Shown: piece after piece, positions 1-9,126 of the stretch | Numbering within the stretch: position 1 is the first letter of the stretch | How the letters are laid out: each line of letters starts with the position of its first letter | Virus record (IMG/VR): IMGVR_UViG_3300044715_000401 | Coordinates: 1 to 32,191 of that record | Strand: one strand, 5' to 3' | Source: a virus | Taxonomy: Duplodnaviria > Caudoviricetes | Length of the DNA: 32,191 nucleotides | Translations under genes and position numbers: made by a program | The notes under the pieces: model-generated | Seen by the model: only the letters and a program-made list of their open reading frames with translations | Database searches by the model: none | What the model was told of the DNA's origin: nothing

Positions 1-2
1 AC

Positions 3-548
3 AACTTAACGGACCCTGATGGGTATCCATTGGTCATCGAGAACGGATGCTACTATCTGCGTGTCACGGACTGCTGCACATCTGAGCAGAGGATCAGCAC
101 GAACTTCATCAACTACTCGACAAGCGGATGGGATTGCTCGTTTTGGGTGGAGGGCAACAACGATGGCTTCGCCTTCGGGTTCTTCTTCAGTGACCCAAGC
201 ACTGCCACTACCTTCAAATTGGTCCAACGCTTGCGAGTTCTTCAGTTCAATCCAGTCTACCCGGCAGTGAGTGAGGAGTATCTGTTCAGCAATGGAGGAC
301 GTAGTAGGAGCTTTGCTCAGAGCAGTAAGATTCGCACTGCATGGTTCGACTACGTGGATGAATTGACACATGATGTCATACGCTTGCAGATTCTCAGCGA
401 TGACCTAATCATCAATGGTTCGCAATACTTCTGCGAGGCTGAAGATTACGAGCCTGAATGGGGGCAGAATGGACGATATAATCTTGCACAGAGCAGAGTG
501 AATTTGATTGATGTGAACGAACCAACACTATACAATAAATCGTGCTAA
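3..548 (+). CDS. Virion/tail-associated protein, 5'-truncated
   Basis: Frame is open from position 3 (NLTDPDGYPLVIENG...), so the gene starts outside the window. If the genome is circularly permuted it follows the tail-tip genes at the window end. Confidence 0.55.
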   Translation, partial: NLTDPDGYPLVIENGCYYLRVTDCCTSEQRISTNFINYSTSGWDCSFWVEGNNDGFAFGFFFSDPSTATTFKLVQRLRVLQFNPVYPAVSEEYLFSNGGRSRSFAQSSKIRTAWFDYVDELTHDVIRLQILSDDLIINGSQYFCEAEDYEPEWGQNGRYNLAQSRVNLIDVNEPTLYNKSC

Positions 549-1396
549 GAGGAATAATTACAATGGCTCTGAAGCATCCGTTGTACGGCAGATACGCCTA
601 CAACTTAGCTCTGAGCATCAAGTCAGCAGACCCTACGCAGCAGGTGTGCGTGATTGCCGATGATGTCGGTATCAGCCATCTGCACGAAGGTCAGCGAATG
701 ATATTCGATAAGATCATCAAACCTCCTGCCGATTGCTATATGCGAGACGGCAAGACAGTCCCACTGGTCTGCAAGTTCTATCTCAACGAGCTGACACCAT
801 ACGAGCAGACGTTGTTCGTTGATGCAGACATGATATTCAGTCCGTTGGCTAAGTTCAACGAGTTCTGGGAGCAGATGCAAGGCGTGGAGTGGACGATGGC
901 GAACAGAGGGAAGAATGACCCAGACAAGGGCATATCAGAGTGGGTGAATGCTGATAAGCTGAAGGAAGCCTACGATGATATCACGCAGTGGGTGGACCTA
1001 TCCAGCGAGTGGATTTGCTGGAAGAAATCCGACCTATCTGATAGTATATTTGTAAGTGCAAGGAACTACTACGATGAGAATAAGCTCACCACTCGCTCAT
1101 TCGCAGGAGACAAACCTGATGAACCATTCTTCAATCTTGCGCTGAACAAAGTGAGACATCTGCCTCATGCGATGCCATATCAACCTACCTACTGGCAACC
1201 AGCAGTCAAGCGAGTGCTTGGCTCGGTAGAGATTAAGAAACAATACTACGCCTATTCCGTAGGTGGTAGAATGATGACCAAGCAGCAGCAGAATATCTAT
1301 GAAGAATTCTGCAAGAACGCATCCTATCGGATGAATATGCCGACCCTCAAGGTAACACACAAGATGAATCAACTACCCGAAAGAACTGTAATCTAA
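542..1396 (+). CDS. GT-A fold glycosyltransferase (GT8-like / nucleotide-diphospho-sugar transferase)
   Basis: N-terminal YGRYAYNLALSIK, DxD motif in TLFVDADMIF, and late DEPFFNLAL motif. Stop overlaps the portal start (TAATG). Confidence 0.75.
   Translation: MLRGIITMALKHPLYGRYAYNLALSIKSADPTQQVCVIADDVGISHLHEGQRMIFDKIIKPPADCYMRDGKTVPLVCKFYLNELTPYEQTLFVDADMIFSPLAKFNEFWEQMQGVEWTMANRGKNDPDKGISEWVNADKLKEAYDDITQWVDLSSEWICWKKSDLSDSIFVSARNYYDENKLTTRSFAGDKPDEPFFNLALNKVRHLPHAMPYQPTYWQPAVKRVLGSVEIKKQYYAYSVGGRMMTKQQQNIYEEFCKNASYRMNMPTLKVTHKMNQLPERTVI
1045..1052 (+). promoter_or_regulatory. TATATTTG -7-type promoter element, internal to the glycosyltransferase gene
   Basis: GTATATTTGTA, the same as copies at 4006, 18038, 22867 and 24423. 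Could drive the portal gene. Confidence 0.4.
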
Positions 1397-3078
1397 TGCC
1401 AGCAATCTCCCCATCATTCCTTGAACCGTACCTGATGCAAGGTCTTCGTCATGAGGACTACGATGATGCCGTAGAAATGTACGAAGAGCTGGAGACCCAT
1501 GCAGATGGTGAGTATCCCGGTGAGCTGATTGACCAGCGAAGACCTGCCGAGAGTGATGAGATAAAGCACTACCGCAAGAAAATCTTCGTGCCGATCACGA
1601 AGCCAGTCTTCACGAAGGTCTACAACTCACTCATGAAAATTCGTAAGAGTCAGGATTGGATGATTTCATTCCCGAATGAACTGCCTGCGGTGATTGCTGA
1701 AGACGAGAGTCCTGAGAAGTATCTGATGTATAAGATGCCTCGCAATGGTAGTATCACCAATTGGATGTTCAGCGTGTGCTTTAAGCAGTATCTCATCGAT
1801 GCGAATGCTGCGGTGCTGACTCTGCCGACTAACTGGGAGAAGCAAGACAATCAATACTACGAGCCTTATCCGATGATATTCAATTCAGAGGATGTGCTGG
1901 ATTACAAGGAAGGATTGTACTATGTGCTTAAGGAACACGATGAAGATTTGTATTGGGTCATTCAGCCTGATATCATTCAGAAGTTTGAGGTCAAAGATTA
2001 CGCAGTGCGTGAGGTGTTTCAGATGGTCAATACGCTTGGGTATATTCCAGTGCGCCATCTGTACGGCATGATAATCGAGAACTACAAGGAGCGTGCGTTG
2101 TATGAGTCACGCATCAGCGGTATCGTGCCGAAGATGAACGAGGCTCTCCGTGAGTACAGTGACTTGCAGGCTGAGATCGTGCAGCATATACACTCGACAA
2201 TGTGGTCGATGCAGCCTCAACAGTGTGGACGATGCAAGGGTCTTGGTGAGATTCCAAAGGAGAACTCAGCACCTATCAAGTGTCCGTCATGCTCAGGCAA
2301 GGGACTGTTGCCACTCAATCCGTTTGAGCATCTTGTCCTGCCAGCACCAAGACCGGGAGACCCTGCGATACCTACTCCTCCGATTGGCTATGTGACCAAG
2401 CAGACAGACATCGCCAAGCTTCAGGAGGAGCGCATTCGCCAGCATATCTATGATGCTCTGAGTGCTATCAACATGGAGTACCTTGCTGATACACCGCTGA
2501 GTCAGTCAGGTGTTGCCAAGCAGGTGGACCGTGAGGAATTATATTCATTCGTGCATAGCATCGCAGAGGACGTTGTTCGTATCATGGACGAAATCATCTA
2601 CGATATCTGTGCTTGGAGGTACTCAGGAGTGACCAATGACATCCGTGTGCTGCTGCCATACATACCAGTGCCTGAGAGGTTCGATATGCTATCGGGCAAG
2701 GTGCTTGTAGACGAGCTGACATCAATGGTGAATGCAAAGGTTGACCCGGCTATCATCAACGCTGCGCAGATAGAACTCGCAGGAAAGAAGTTCAACGATT
2801 CAGATGTGAAGGACTTAGTGGTACTCAAGCTCAAGCTTGACCCATTCGCAGGAGTGCCGGAGGAGAATATCAGTCTGCAACGGATGTACAACGCTATCGA
2901 CCAGAACGACCTCATAATACACGCTAATATCAATAAATTCGTGACCAGAGCTTTGGAAGAGGTGCAGGACTTTGCCAATCTCAGCTACGCTGATCAGATG
3001 GCAGTCATGCTGCGATACGCTCAGGAGCGTAGGGTCCTGCCTGCTCCTGCCCCGACTCCTGCTGATGCTGGATTGTAA
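1396..3078 (+). CDS. Portal protein with inserted DnaJ-type zinc finger
   Basis: 560 aa, first gene of the head module. SQSGVAKQVDREELY resembles portal SG.A motifs. Contains CGRCKGLG...CPSCSGKG. Confidence 0.8.
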   Translation: MPAISPSFLEPYLMQGLRHEDYDDAVEMYEELETHADGEYPGELIDQRRPAESDEIKHYRKKIFVPITKPVFTKVYNSLMKIRKSQDWMISFPNELPAVIAEDESPEKYLMYKMPRNGSITNWMFSVCFKQYLIDANAAVLTLPTNWEKQDNQYYEPYPMIFNSEDVLDYKEGLYYVLKEHDEDLYWVIQPDIIQKFEVKDYAVREVFQMVNTLGYIPVRHLYGMIIENYKERALYESRISGIVPKMNEALREYSDLQAEIVQHIHSTMWSMQPQQCGRCKGLGEIPKENSAPIKCPSCSGKGLLPLNPFEHLVLPAPRPGDPAIPTPPIGYVTKQTDIAKLQEERIRQHIYDALSAINMEYLADTPLSQSGVAKQVDREELYSFVHSIAEDVVRIMDEIIYDICAWRYSGVTNDIRVLLPYIPVPERFDMLSGKVLVDELTSMVNAKVDPAIINAAQIELAGKKFNDSDVKDLVVLKLKLDPFAGVPEENISLQRMYNAIDQNDLIIHANINKFVTRALEEVQDFANLSYADQMAVMLRYAQERRVLPAPAPTPADAGL

Positions 3079-4004
3079 TGGCTACCCAAGCACAAATCAT
3101 AGAGAAAATCACTGAGCTGATTGAGATGCGTGTATCTCAATGGAATGAGCGTATGCCTCAGATTCAACGGCAGTCCTATGATGTGGTGCTGAATCTTACT
3201 GCTGACCTCGATACCGATGCGGATGGTAAGATTAAGCCAACTGCTAAGAACATTAAGACAATATCACGCATAAAGGACGAACTGAACCGGGTCATCTTTG
3301 ATAAGAAGTATCAAGACGACCTCGACCTATTGCTGGAGGACTACAATGAACTAACCAAACTTCAGAACCAATACTTCACGGCAACGGTAGGCAAGTTCAA
3401 AGTGCCAAGCGTGATGGAGCAGATTCAGTCGCTGGCTAAGGAAGCCGTAGTCGACCAGCTTGGTCAGGATGCGATAGGAGTGAATTTCGTGGACCCGGTG
3501 CGAGACATACTCGTCAAGAACGTGACAACTGGCGGAAGCCGTGCAGAGTTCATCGAGCAGGCGAGACAGTTCATGCTCGATACGGATGCTGGAGATGGCA
3601 GATTAGTGAGGTATACTAAGCAGATTGTCACTGACTCACTGAACCAATACTCAGCCAACTACAACGCAGTTCTGACGGATGATCTTGGCTTGGTATGGTA
3701 CAAATATGACGGAAGCCTGCAAGATACAAGCCGACCTATCTGCGATGCGCTGATACAAGCCAAGCGTAGCAAGTGCATGGAATATATCCACCGCAGCCAG
3801 TTTGACGATATCGTCAATGGTTATGTATGTGGGGAGCGAGTGCCAATCTATGAGAAGACCGGACTGCCACAAGGCATGATACCAGGCACGAATGCTGCTA
3901 ATTTCCGCATCAATCGGGGAGGATACAACTGCAATCACCAATTGTATCCGGTCAGTGCAGCCGTAGTGCCTAAAGAATTGCGTGACGAATTCGCTAATAA
4001 GTGA
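3078..4004 (+). CDS. Minor head / head morphogenesis protein (SPP1 gp7, Mu gpF-like)
   Basis: Follows the portal. Motifs YDGSLQDTSRPIC and RGGYNCNHQLYPV. Confidence 0.75.
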   Translation: MATQAQIIEKITELIEMRVSQWNERMPQIQRQSYDVVLNLTADLDTDADGKIKPTAKNIKTISRIKDELNRVIFDKKYQDDLDLLLEDYNELTKLQNQYFTATVGKFKVPSVMEQIQSLAKEAVVDQLGQDAIGVNFVDPVRDILVKNVTTGGSRAEFIEQARQFMLDTDAGDGRLVRYTKQIVTDSLNQYSANYNAVLTDDLGLVWYKYDGSLQDTSRPICDALIQAKRSKCMEYIHRSQFDDIVNGYVCGERVPIYEKTGLPQGMIPGTNAANFRINRGGYNCNHQLYPVSAAVVPKELRDEFANK

Positions 4005-4006
4005 TG

Positions 4007-4014
4007 TATATTTG
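4007..4014 (+). promoter_or_regulatory. TATATTTG -7-type promoter element
   Basis: Matches Bacteroidetes TAnnTTTG. Intergenic, 6 nt before ATG 4021. Confidence 0.65.
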
Positions 4015-4020
4015 TAAAGT

Positions 4021-4233
4021 ATGGATCAGAAATTTTGTAAAGTAATGCGTGACGGAAAGGAATGGTTTCAGTTCCCATCTGTCAATGAAAATGAAGTCAG
4101 GATTATGCTGATGAAGCAAGGCATCGATGGTGTCTGCGACATCCTGCCAGTCAACTCCGAAGTGAAAGTCATCAAGGAGACTGTCATCGATATGAGTAAA
4201 ACCAAGCCGAGAAAATCGGAAAAACAAATATGA
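4021..4233 (+). CDS. Hypothetical protein
   Basis: 70 aa ORF filling the gap, with ATGA overlap into the next gene. Confidence 0.6.
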   Translation: MDQKFCKVMRDGKEWFQFPSVNENEVRIMLMKQGIDGVCDILPVNSEVKVIKETVIDMSKTKPRKSEKQI

Positions 4234-5108
4234 ATTTAGCTGAATTTATCCAATCAATTGCTGACCGTGTAGGTATTGACAATGCTGACGAATCATTGAA
4301 GTCAGTGGTCACAAATCCTGCGCTATCGAGCGTGCAAGTTCCTTCAACTATTGCATCTGCTATGCAGAGCAAACTGATGACTGAGGACGAAGCCAAGTAC
4401 AATCCAGTGGTGAAGAAACACTTCACTGCAACTGCTTTGTCGACCATTGACACAAAAATCAAAGACGTACTTGAATCGTATGAGTTCGATGACGAAACCA
4501 AGTCAGCAATTCTTGGTGAGCAATCTACTTACAACCGTATTCCGCTATTGGCGAAGGCTATATCGGATGCGAGAGAGAGAGCAATCACTGCGACTGGAGG
4601 CGAGAAGAAAGCGTTGGTTGACAAAATCAACGAACTCTCCTCACTCTACAATGCAGAGAAAGAAGCTCGCAAGAAGGATGTCGAGACAGTCAATAGCCAG
4701 TGGCAATCTCAGTTGACCGACAAGGAACTGCAAGGGATGTTCGGAAGTTACAACTATGCGCTCGACCTCGATAAGGATGTAACCGTAGCCACTGCACGGA
4801 ACTTGTGGGAGAAGAAACTCAGAGAGAAAGGAGGCAAGTACCAATACACTGCTGACGGCTTGAAGCTTGTCAATGCAGAAGCACCTGACCTTCCATTCAC
4901 AATCGACAACAAACAAATAGATATCAAGACATTTACGGAGTCCGTGCTGGCAGAGGCGAAGTTGCTAAAGGTGAACAACCAAGCACCTGCGCCCACGCCT
5001 GCCGGAGTGCCAATACAAACACCACTACCGAATAAACCTATTGCACCTGCTGCCAAGTCACAAGTGAGTAAAGCTCTTGCGGACTTCCGTGCAGGTTCTC
5101 AATCATAA
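4230..5108 (+). CDS. Capsid scaffolding protein
   Basis: Directly upstream of the major capsid gene. Helical/coiled-coil body with a Pro-rich linker and short C-terminal helix. Confidence 0.65.
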   Translation: MNLAEFIQSIADRVGIDNADESLKSVVTNPALSSVQVPSTIASAMQSKLMTEDEAKYNPVVKKHFTATALSTIDTKIKDVLESYEFDDETKSAILGEQSTYNRIPLLAKAISDARERAITATGGEKKALVDKINELSSLYNAEKEARKKDVETVNSQWQSQLTDKELQGMFGSYNYALDLDKDVTVATARNLWEKKLREKGGKYQYTADGLKLVNAEAPDLPFTIDNKQIDIKTFTESVLAEAKLLKVNNQAPAPTPAGVPIQTPLPNKPIAPAAKSQVSKALADFRAGSQS

Positions 5109-5126
5109 GCAATCGTTCATCGTGAT

Positions 5127-5197
5127 AGGGCGCAAGCCAAGATAGTACAAAGGTCTTCGGACAACAAAAGCAGGGCGAAAGCCAATACAAATAGTAC
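5127..5197 (+). promoter_or_regulatory. Putative structured RNA element in the capsid gene leader (GNRA / UUCG / GNRA hairpins)
   Basis: GGC-GCAA-GCC (5129-5138), GTC-TTCG-GAC (5153-5162) and GGC-GAAA-GCC (5174-5183). The unit AGGGCGMAAGCCAA..ATAGTAC occurs twice. Confidence 0.6.
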
Positions 5198-5229
5198 CAA
5201 ACTTAACTCTTCAAATATCTCATAATAAA

Positions 5230-6357
5230 ATGGCAAACGGATATTGCGAAGCCCTGCTCTTGCACTTAGATAGCATCGCTGGGCAAAATTATCCCGGACA
5301 AAAAGTAACTATTCCGGGTTTCTTAAATATGTTGGTGACTTCACCTGATCGTCCTACTCCTTTGCAGGATGGATACGTTGGTGGACACTATCGTCAAGTC
5401 AACGTGAAGTATATGCCACGCACTGTTGTTGCGCAGGTATCTACCAGTGACTCTTGCGGAATCGACCTGCAACCTGCTTACAAAGAGACAACTGTCAGCG
5501 TGAACAACGTGGCACAGACTGGTCTATGGATTGCTGATGACACTGTTCGTCAATATTGCGAAGATGCTTCTCGCACTGTTGCAGTTGGTCAGCCTGCTAC
5601 GCAGATGATGACTGAACACCTGCGTGGAATCCTTCATGCGATGAACGGAATCTATCAGAAGATGGAGAACGTTCTGACCACTGCTATGGCTTCTTCATTC
5701 GGTAATCACGTTGCTACTGGTACTGCTACTGCCGTAACAGTAAACATCGAGCAGGACGGAAACCTGAATGATCTCGGCACTGGCTTGACTAAGCTCTTGA
5801 CAGATGCTGCTGCAAACGAATTCTGCGGAACTCCAATGTTCGTTGGCGCACTTGGTTCACTCATGCACGCTTACTCCATTCAGAAGAATCAGAACGCACT
5901 TGCACAAGCTATTGGTTTCGACCCATCAGCTCTTGCAGCTAACTTCCAATTCTTCGCTTCCGGTCAGACTGGTAGCACTTGGGGAGCGCAGCACGTAGGT
6001 ATGTTCGCTCCGGGTAGCGTTCACCTCGTTGAGCGTCAAGACAACGTGGGAAGCTTCGCAGGTCAGCGTGGCACTTCGTTCTTCACCACAATCGTTGACC
6101 CACGCACTCAGTGCTGGACTCCGAATGGTCTTGGCAACATTGCATTCGACCTTCAAGTGAAGTATATCGATTGTCCTGAAGATGCGAACAACCTGCCCAG
6201 CGGTTACCTGAACACTGAGTCTTTGACTGGTCGTGGATACGCTCTCTACATCAAGAAGCGTTATGGTTTGTTCACAACTCCAAAGGATGCGTTCGATGGC
6301 GGTGACCGTCTTGCTGGTAGCAACGGATCTCTGCGTTATGCAATGACTAATTCCTAA
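5230..6357 (+). CDS. Major capsid protein
   Basis: 375 aa, follows the scaffold, has an A-rich leader and is followed by a strong hairpin. Confidence 0.8.
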   Translation: MANGYCEALLLHLDSIAGQNYPGQKVTIPGFLNMLVTSPDRPTPLQDGYVGGHYRQVNVKYMPRTVVAQVSTSDSCGIDLQPAYKETTVSVNNVAQTGLWIADDTVRQYCEDASRTVAVGQPATQMMTEHLRGILHAMNGIYQKMENVLTTAMASSFGNHVATGTATAVTVNIEQDGNLNDLGTGLTKLLTDAAANEFCGTPMFVGALGSLMHAYSIQKNQNALAQAIGFDPSALAANFQFFASGQTGSTWGAQHVGMFAPGSVHLVERQDNVGSFAGQRGTSFFTTIVDPRTQCWTPNGLGNIAFDLQVKYIDCPEDANNLPSGYLNTESLTGRGYALYIKKRYGLFTTPKDAFDGGDRLAGSNGSLRYAMTNS

Positions 6358-6363
6358 TTGAAT

Positions 6364-6412
6364 GGTGTTGTTGACCGGGCAGGACTTGACTGTACCTGCC
6401 CGGTAACACACC
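6364..6412 (+). terminator. Long hairpin after the capsid gene (terminator or mRNA-stabilising stem)
   Basis: ACCGGGCAGG (6374-6383) pairs with CCTGCCCGGT (6395-6404), extended by GGTG/CACC. No U-tract. Confidence 0.6.
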
Positions 6413-6425
6413 TAACTCATCAACT

Positions 6426-7427
6426 ATGGCTCACTGCTTAGACAACTATATTGGTTTGCGTGGATGCGGTAGCACCACACCTCCATCGGGTTTGTATGTG
6501 AACGACCTGCCGGGAATGAGCTTGGAGAATCTGGTCACGTTGACCAATACTGACGAGCCTACCTACTCAGACATTTGGACTATGGTGCAGACTCGTGCGC
6601 AGCAGAGGTTCAGTCTTGATGTTCGTGAAGCTATGGGCAAGCATTACAAGTTGAACAGTCTAATGCAAGGAATCAACGTAGGTAATGATGTAGGGAGTCT
6701 TGCAGCGAGTACACCTGCACAATATGCAGGATTCACGATTGAGTTGATAGACCAGAATTATGAGTTTGTGCCTTCTCCATTTGCGAGTATTCACGTGCAG
6801 CAGATAGTATTTTTTGCTGACCAGATCTATAATGGGGCGCAATTTGATATTGTTGATCTTGATAGTGGGTTGACATTGATGAATAAAACTACTGATTTGC
6901 AATCAGGCAAGAATGTAATTGAAATCAATACAACATTTCACAATCTATATGTTAATCCATCTTGGCGAATAGCAGTTCTTGTCAATGTGGGAACTGTGAC
7001 AAATCTGCTCGATTTGGTTCTACCATACAATCGATCTATGATGTCATGTTGTGATGTGCGATTGCAAGGATTCACAAGTGATGGCGAAGTGTCAACAGGT
7101 TCATTCTCCAACAACACCTACGGCATGAGTGGTATTTTCAGTATCGTCTGCAATTGGGATGCCATGATATGTCAGAATAAGACCTTGTTCAGCCGTGCAT
7201 ATTGGTACTTGCTGGGCATCGAAGTCCTGACTGAGCAATTGTATAGCAGCAAACTCAACCAGTTCACGACAGTCAACTTGCAACGATTGAATGAACTCAG
7301 GGCAGAGTATCAAGTCGAGTACAGTAAGTCATTGGAGCAGGTTGCAGGTGGATTGAAGCTATCGTGCGACTGTTGTATCGAGTGCAATGAATCAGTTCAA
7401 CTGCGTGAAGCAACACAATTCTATTGA
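6426..7427 (+). CDS. Putative head-tail adaptor / head completion protein
   Basis: First gene after the capsid gene. Helical ends flank a beta-rich middle, with Cys clusters. Assignment is by position. Confidence 0.5.
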   Translation: MAHCLDNYIGLRGCGSTTPPSGLYVNDLPGMSLENLVTLTNTDEPTYSDIWTMVQTRAQQRFSLDVREAMGKHYKLNSLMQGINVGNDVGSLAASTPAQYAGFTIELIDQNYEFVPSPFASIHVQQIVFFADQIYNGAQFDIVDLDSGLTLMNKTTDLQSGKNVIEINTTFHNLYVNPSWRIAVLVNVGTVTNLLDLVLPYNRSMMSCCDVRLQGFTSDGEVSTGSFSNNTYGMSGIFSIVCNWDAMICQNKTLFSRAYWYLLGIEVLTEQLYSSKLNQFTTVNLQRLNELRAEYQVEYSKSLEQVAGGLKLSCDCCIECNESVQLREATQFY

Positions 7428-7428
7428 T

Positions 7429-7479
7429 ATGAGAAACAAATGTGGATGCAAAGGTGGTAGGCGTGGAGGCAAGAAATGA
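7429..7479 (+). CDS. 16-aa basic Cys micropeptide (MRNKCGCKGGRRGGKK)
   Basis: Fills the intergenic gap exactly. Starts 1 nt after the upstream stop, with ATGA overlap into the next gene. Confidence 0.5.
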   Translation: MRNKCGCKGGRRGGKK

Positions 7480-7919
7480 GTGCCACGTACACTATTGACA
7501 TCAAGGAATTAAAAGACCTGACGGATTCTCTGCTCAGCTTGGAGGAGACTGATTCATTGTTGCGTGAGATATCAACCACGCTTCTCGCTGAGATGCGTGA
7601 CCGGATTCATGAGAGGGGAATCAAGTCAGACGGAACGCAGATAGGTACTTATTCAAATTCATATCTTGAGTACCGTATCGAGCAGGGCAAGGGAAGTGCA
7701 AGCAATGTGACATTGTTCTTCACTGGGCAGATGCAGAATGATTTCAACGTAGCTCCAATTGGAGATAATGCCTATGGATTAGGATATAGCAATAGATTGA
7801 ATTTCGACAAGGCTAACTGGGCAGAAGACCGTTTCGGTATTATCTTCGAACCTACTGAGCAAGAGTTCCAACAGATTGAAGATGTCGCTGCTGAGTTCAT
7901 CACAAACACACTAAAGTAA
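7476..7919 (+). CDS. Putative neck / tail-completion protein (Mu gpG / HK97 gp10-like)
   Basis: Position and size (147 aa) fit, and LFFTGQMQNDF resembles the L..TG.L motif of this group. Confidence 0.55.
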   Translation: MSATYTIDIKELKDLTDSLLSLEETDSLLREISTTLLAEMRDRIHERGIKSDGTQIGTYSNSYLEYRIEQGKGSASNVTLFFTGQMQNDFNVAPIGDNAYGLGYSNRLNFDKANWAEDRFGIIFEPTEQEFQQIEDVAAEFITNTLK

Positions 7920-8512
7920 TGCCATACCTCAACGAGATTGTAGACATAGTCAACACCACTCTTGCGACTGGTAAGTTGAAGACTTACAACCGCAAGCTCT
8001 TCGGTGTATCTGAGTTACTGCCTCGTAATTTTAACAACGCACAAGACACAATCCCTGCACTGGTGACCAACTTCGGCAGCACGATGTTCAGTGGATTCGA
8101 TGACAAGTTCGACATAGTAATCTATCACCGCTGCCTCAGTACAACTATCGAGGAGGGTGCAGTGCTTTTCGGAGATGGACTCAACACGGCAAGAGAAGTG
8201 GCTGAGATGCGGATGCTTGTCTTTGGCAATAGAAAGAAGCTATCACTACAACCACAACAACTGAGTTTCCTGCTATCGTCAGGCGTTCAGCAGCAGCTTG
8301 CATCCTCGCAGATTAGCAACTATGCAGGTCTTTTCGGTTGTATCATTGAAGCGAACACAACGAATTACGATGGCGTTGGTATATTCACCAGCGAATACAA
8401 GCTTGCAGCAAGTAGGTATCCGGTTCATCCGGAGCATATATACTTGGCTCTCGACTACACGATAACGACCGATTACGATATCACGTGCATCAACGATTGC
8501 TCTAACTGTTAA
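7919..8512 (+). CDS. Putative tail terminator protein
   Basis: Immediately upstream of the tail tube gene. Cys-rich C-terminus (CINDCSNC). Confidence 0.45.
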   Translation: MPYLNEIVDIVNTTLATGKLKTYNRKLFGVSELLPRNFNNAQDTIPALVTNFGSTMFSGFDDKFDIVIYHRCLSTTIEEGAVLFGDGLNTAREVAEMRMLVFGNRKKLSLQPQQLSFLLSSGVQQQLASSQISNYAGLFGCIIEANTTNYDGVGIFTSEYKLAASRYPVHPEHIYLALDYTITTDYDITCINDCSNC

Positions 8513-8524
8513 AACTAAGAAAAA

Positions 8525-9082
8525 ATGTCAGTATATTATCCAGCGAGTAATTGCGGAGGAGGGGCAATTCCGCAATACTCATGTAATCCTTGCCCAGAGT
8601 ATGAATACTCACGTATTCGCTCGATAGCTTTCGTCAAGAACACATTCAGCTTCACCGATCCATCGGACCCGACCGAATGGAACACTGGTCTTGGCAACGG
8701 TGACATCATCGTGATCTGGGCAACCAGCGGAACGTATGACGGTGGAACTATCGAGGAGCTTGTTGGCTTTGGCGATGCAGAAACTCAGAACGGTGGTTCT
8801 ACGCACATCTTAACCTACAAAGACCCTAACTCGACTGCGAATTGTAACTTCTACAACGCCATCAAGAACTCCTCTGACTACACTGTGTGGTTCAGGACTT
8901 CAAGCAAGATTTGGGGTGCAGGCGCACCAGTGACTATCACGCCCAAGATCCCAGTGGCTGATGACCTCAAGGCGGTGTTGACGTATGAAGTGCAATTGAA
9001 GTGGCAGAACTCAAGCCTGCCATGTCCTTACGATACTCCTGACGGCATATTTGACCAGTGCTACGTGCCAATCGTTCCTTGA
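8525..9082 (+). CDS. Major tail (tube) protein
   Basis: 185 aa beta-rich protein ending the neck module and followed by a terminator-like hairpin. Confidence 0.65.
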   Translation: MSVYYPASNCGGGAIPQYSCNPCPEYEYSRIRSIAFVKNTFSFTDPSDPTEWNTGLGNGDIIVIWATSGTYDGGTIEELVGFGDAETQNGGSTHILTYKDPNSTANCNFYNAIKNSSDYTVWFRTSSKIWGAGAPVTITPKIPVADDLKAVLTYEVQLKWQNSSLPCPYDTPDGIFDQCYVPIVP

Positions 9083-9093
9083 TGAGTTATATT

Positions 9094-9123
9094 TGGGGAG
9101 CGTAACACCTCCCCACTTATTTG
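9094..9123 (+). terminator. Rho-independent terminator candidate
   Basis: TGGGGAG (9094-9100) / CTCCCCA (9109-9115) stem followed by CTTATTTG. Confidence 0.55.
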
Positions 9124-9126
9124 ATT

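Noticed and set aside
5127-5197. Possible c-di-GMP riboswitch or mini-CRISPR array
   Set aside because: There is no enclosing P1 stem or tetraloop receptor. Only two short repeat units are present and there are no cas genes.
9088-9095. TATATTTG after the tail tube gene as a lysis promoter
   Set aside because: It lacks the G..TA context of the other copies and overlaps the terminator stem. Possible but unsupported.
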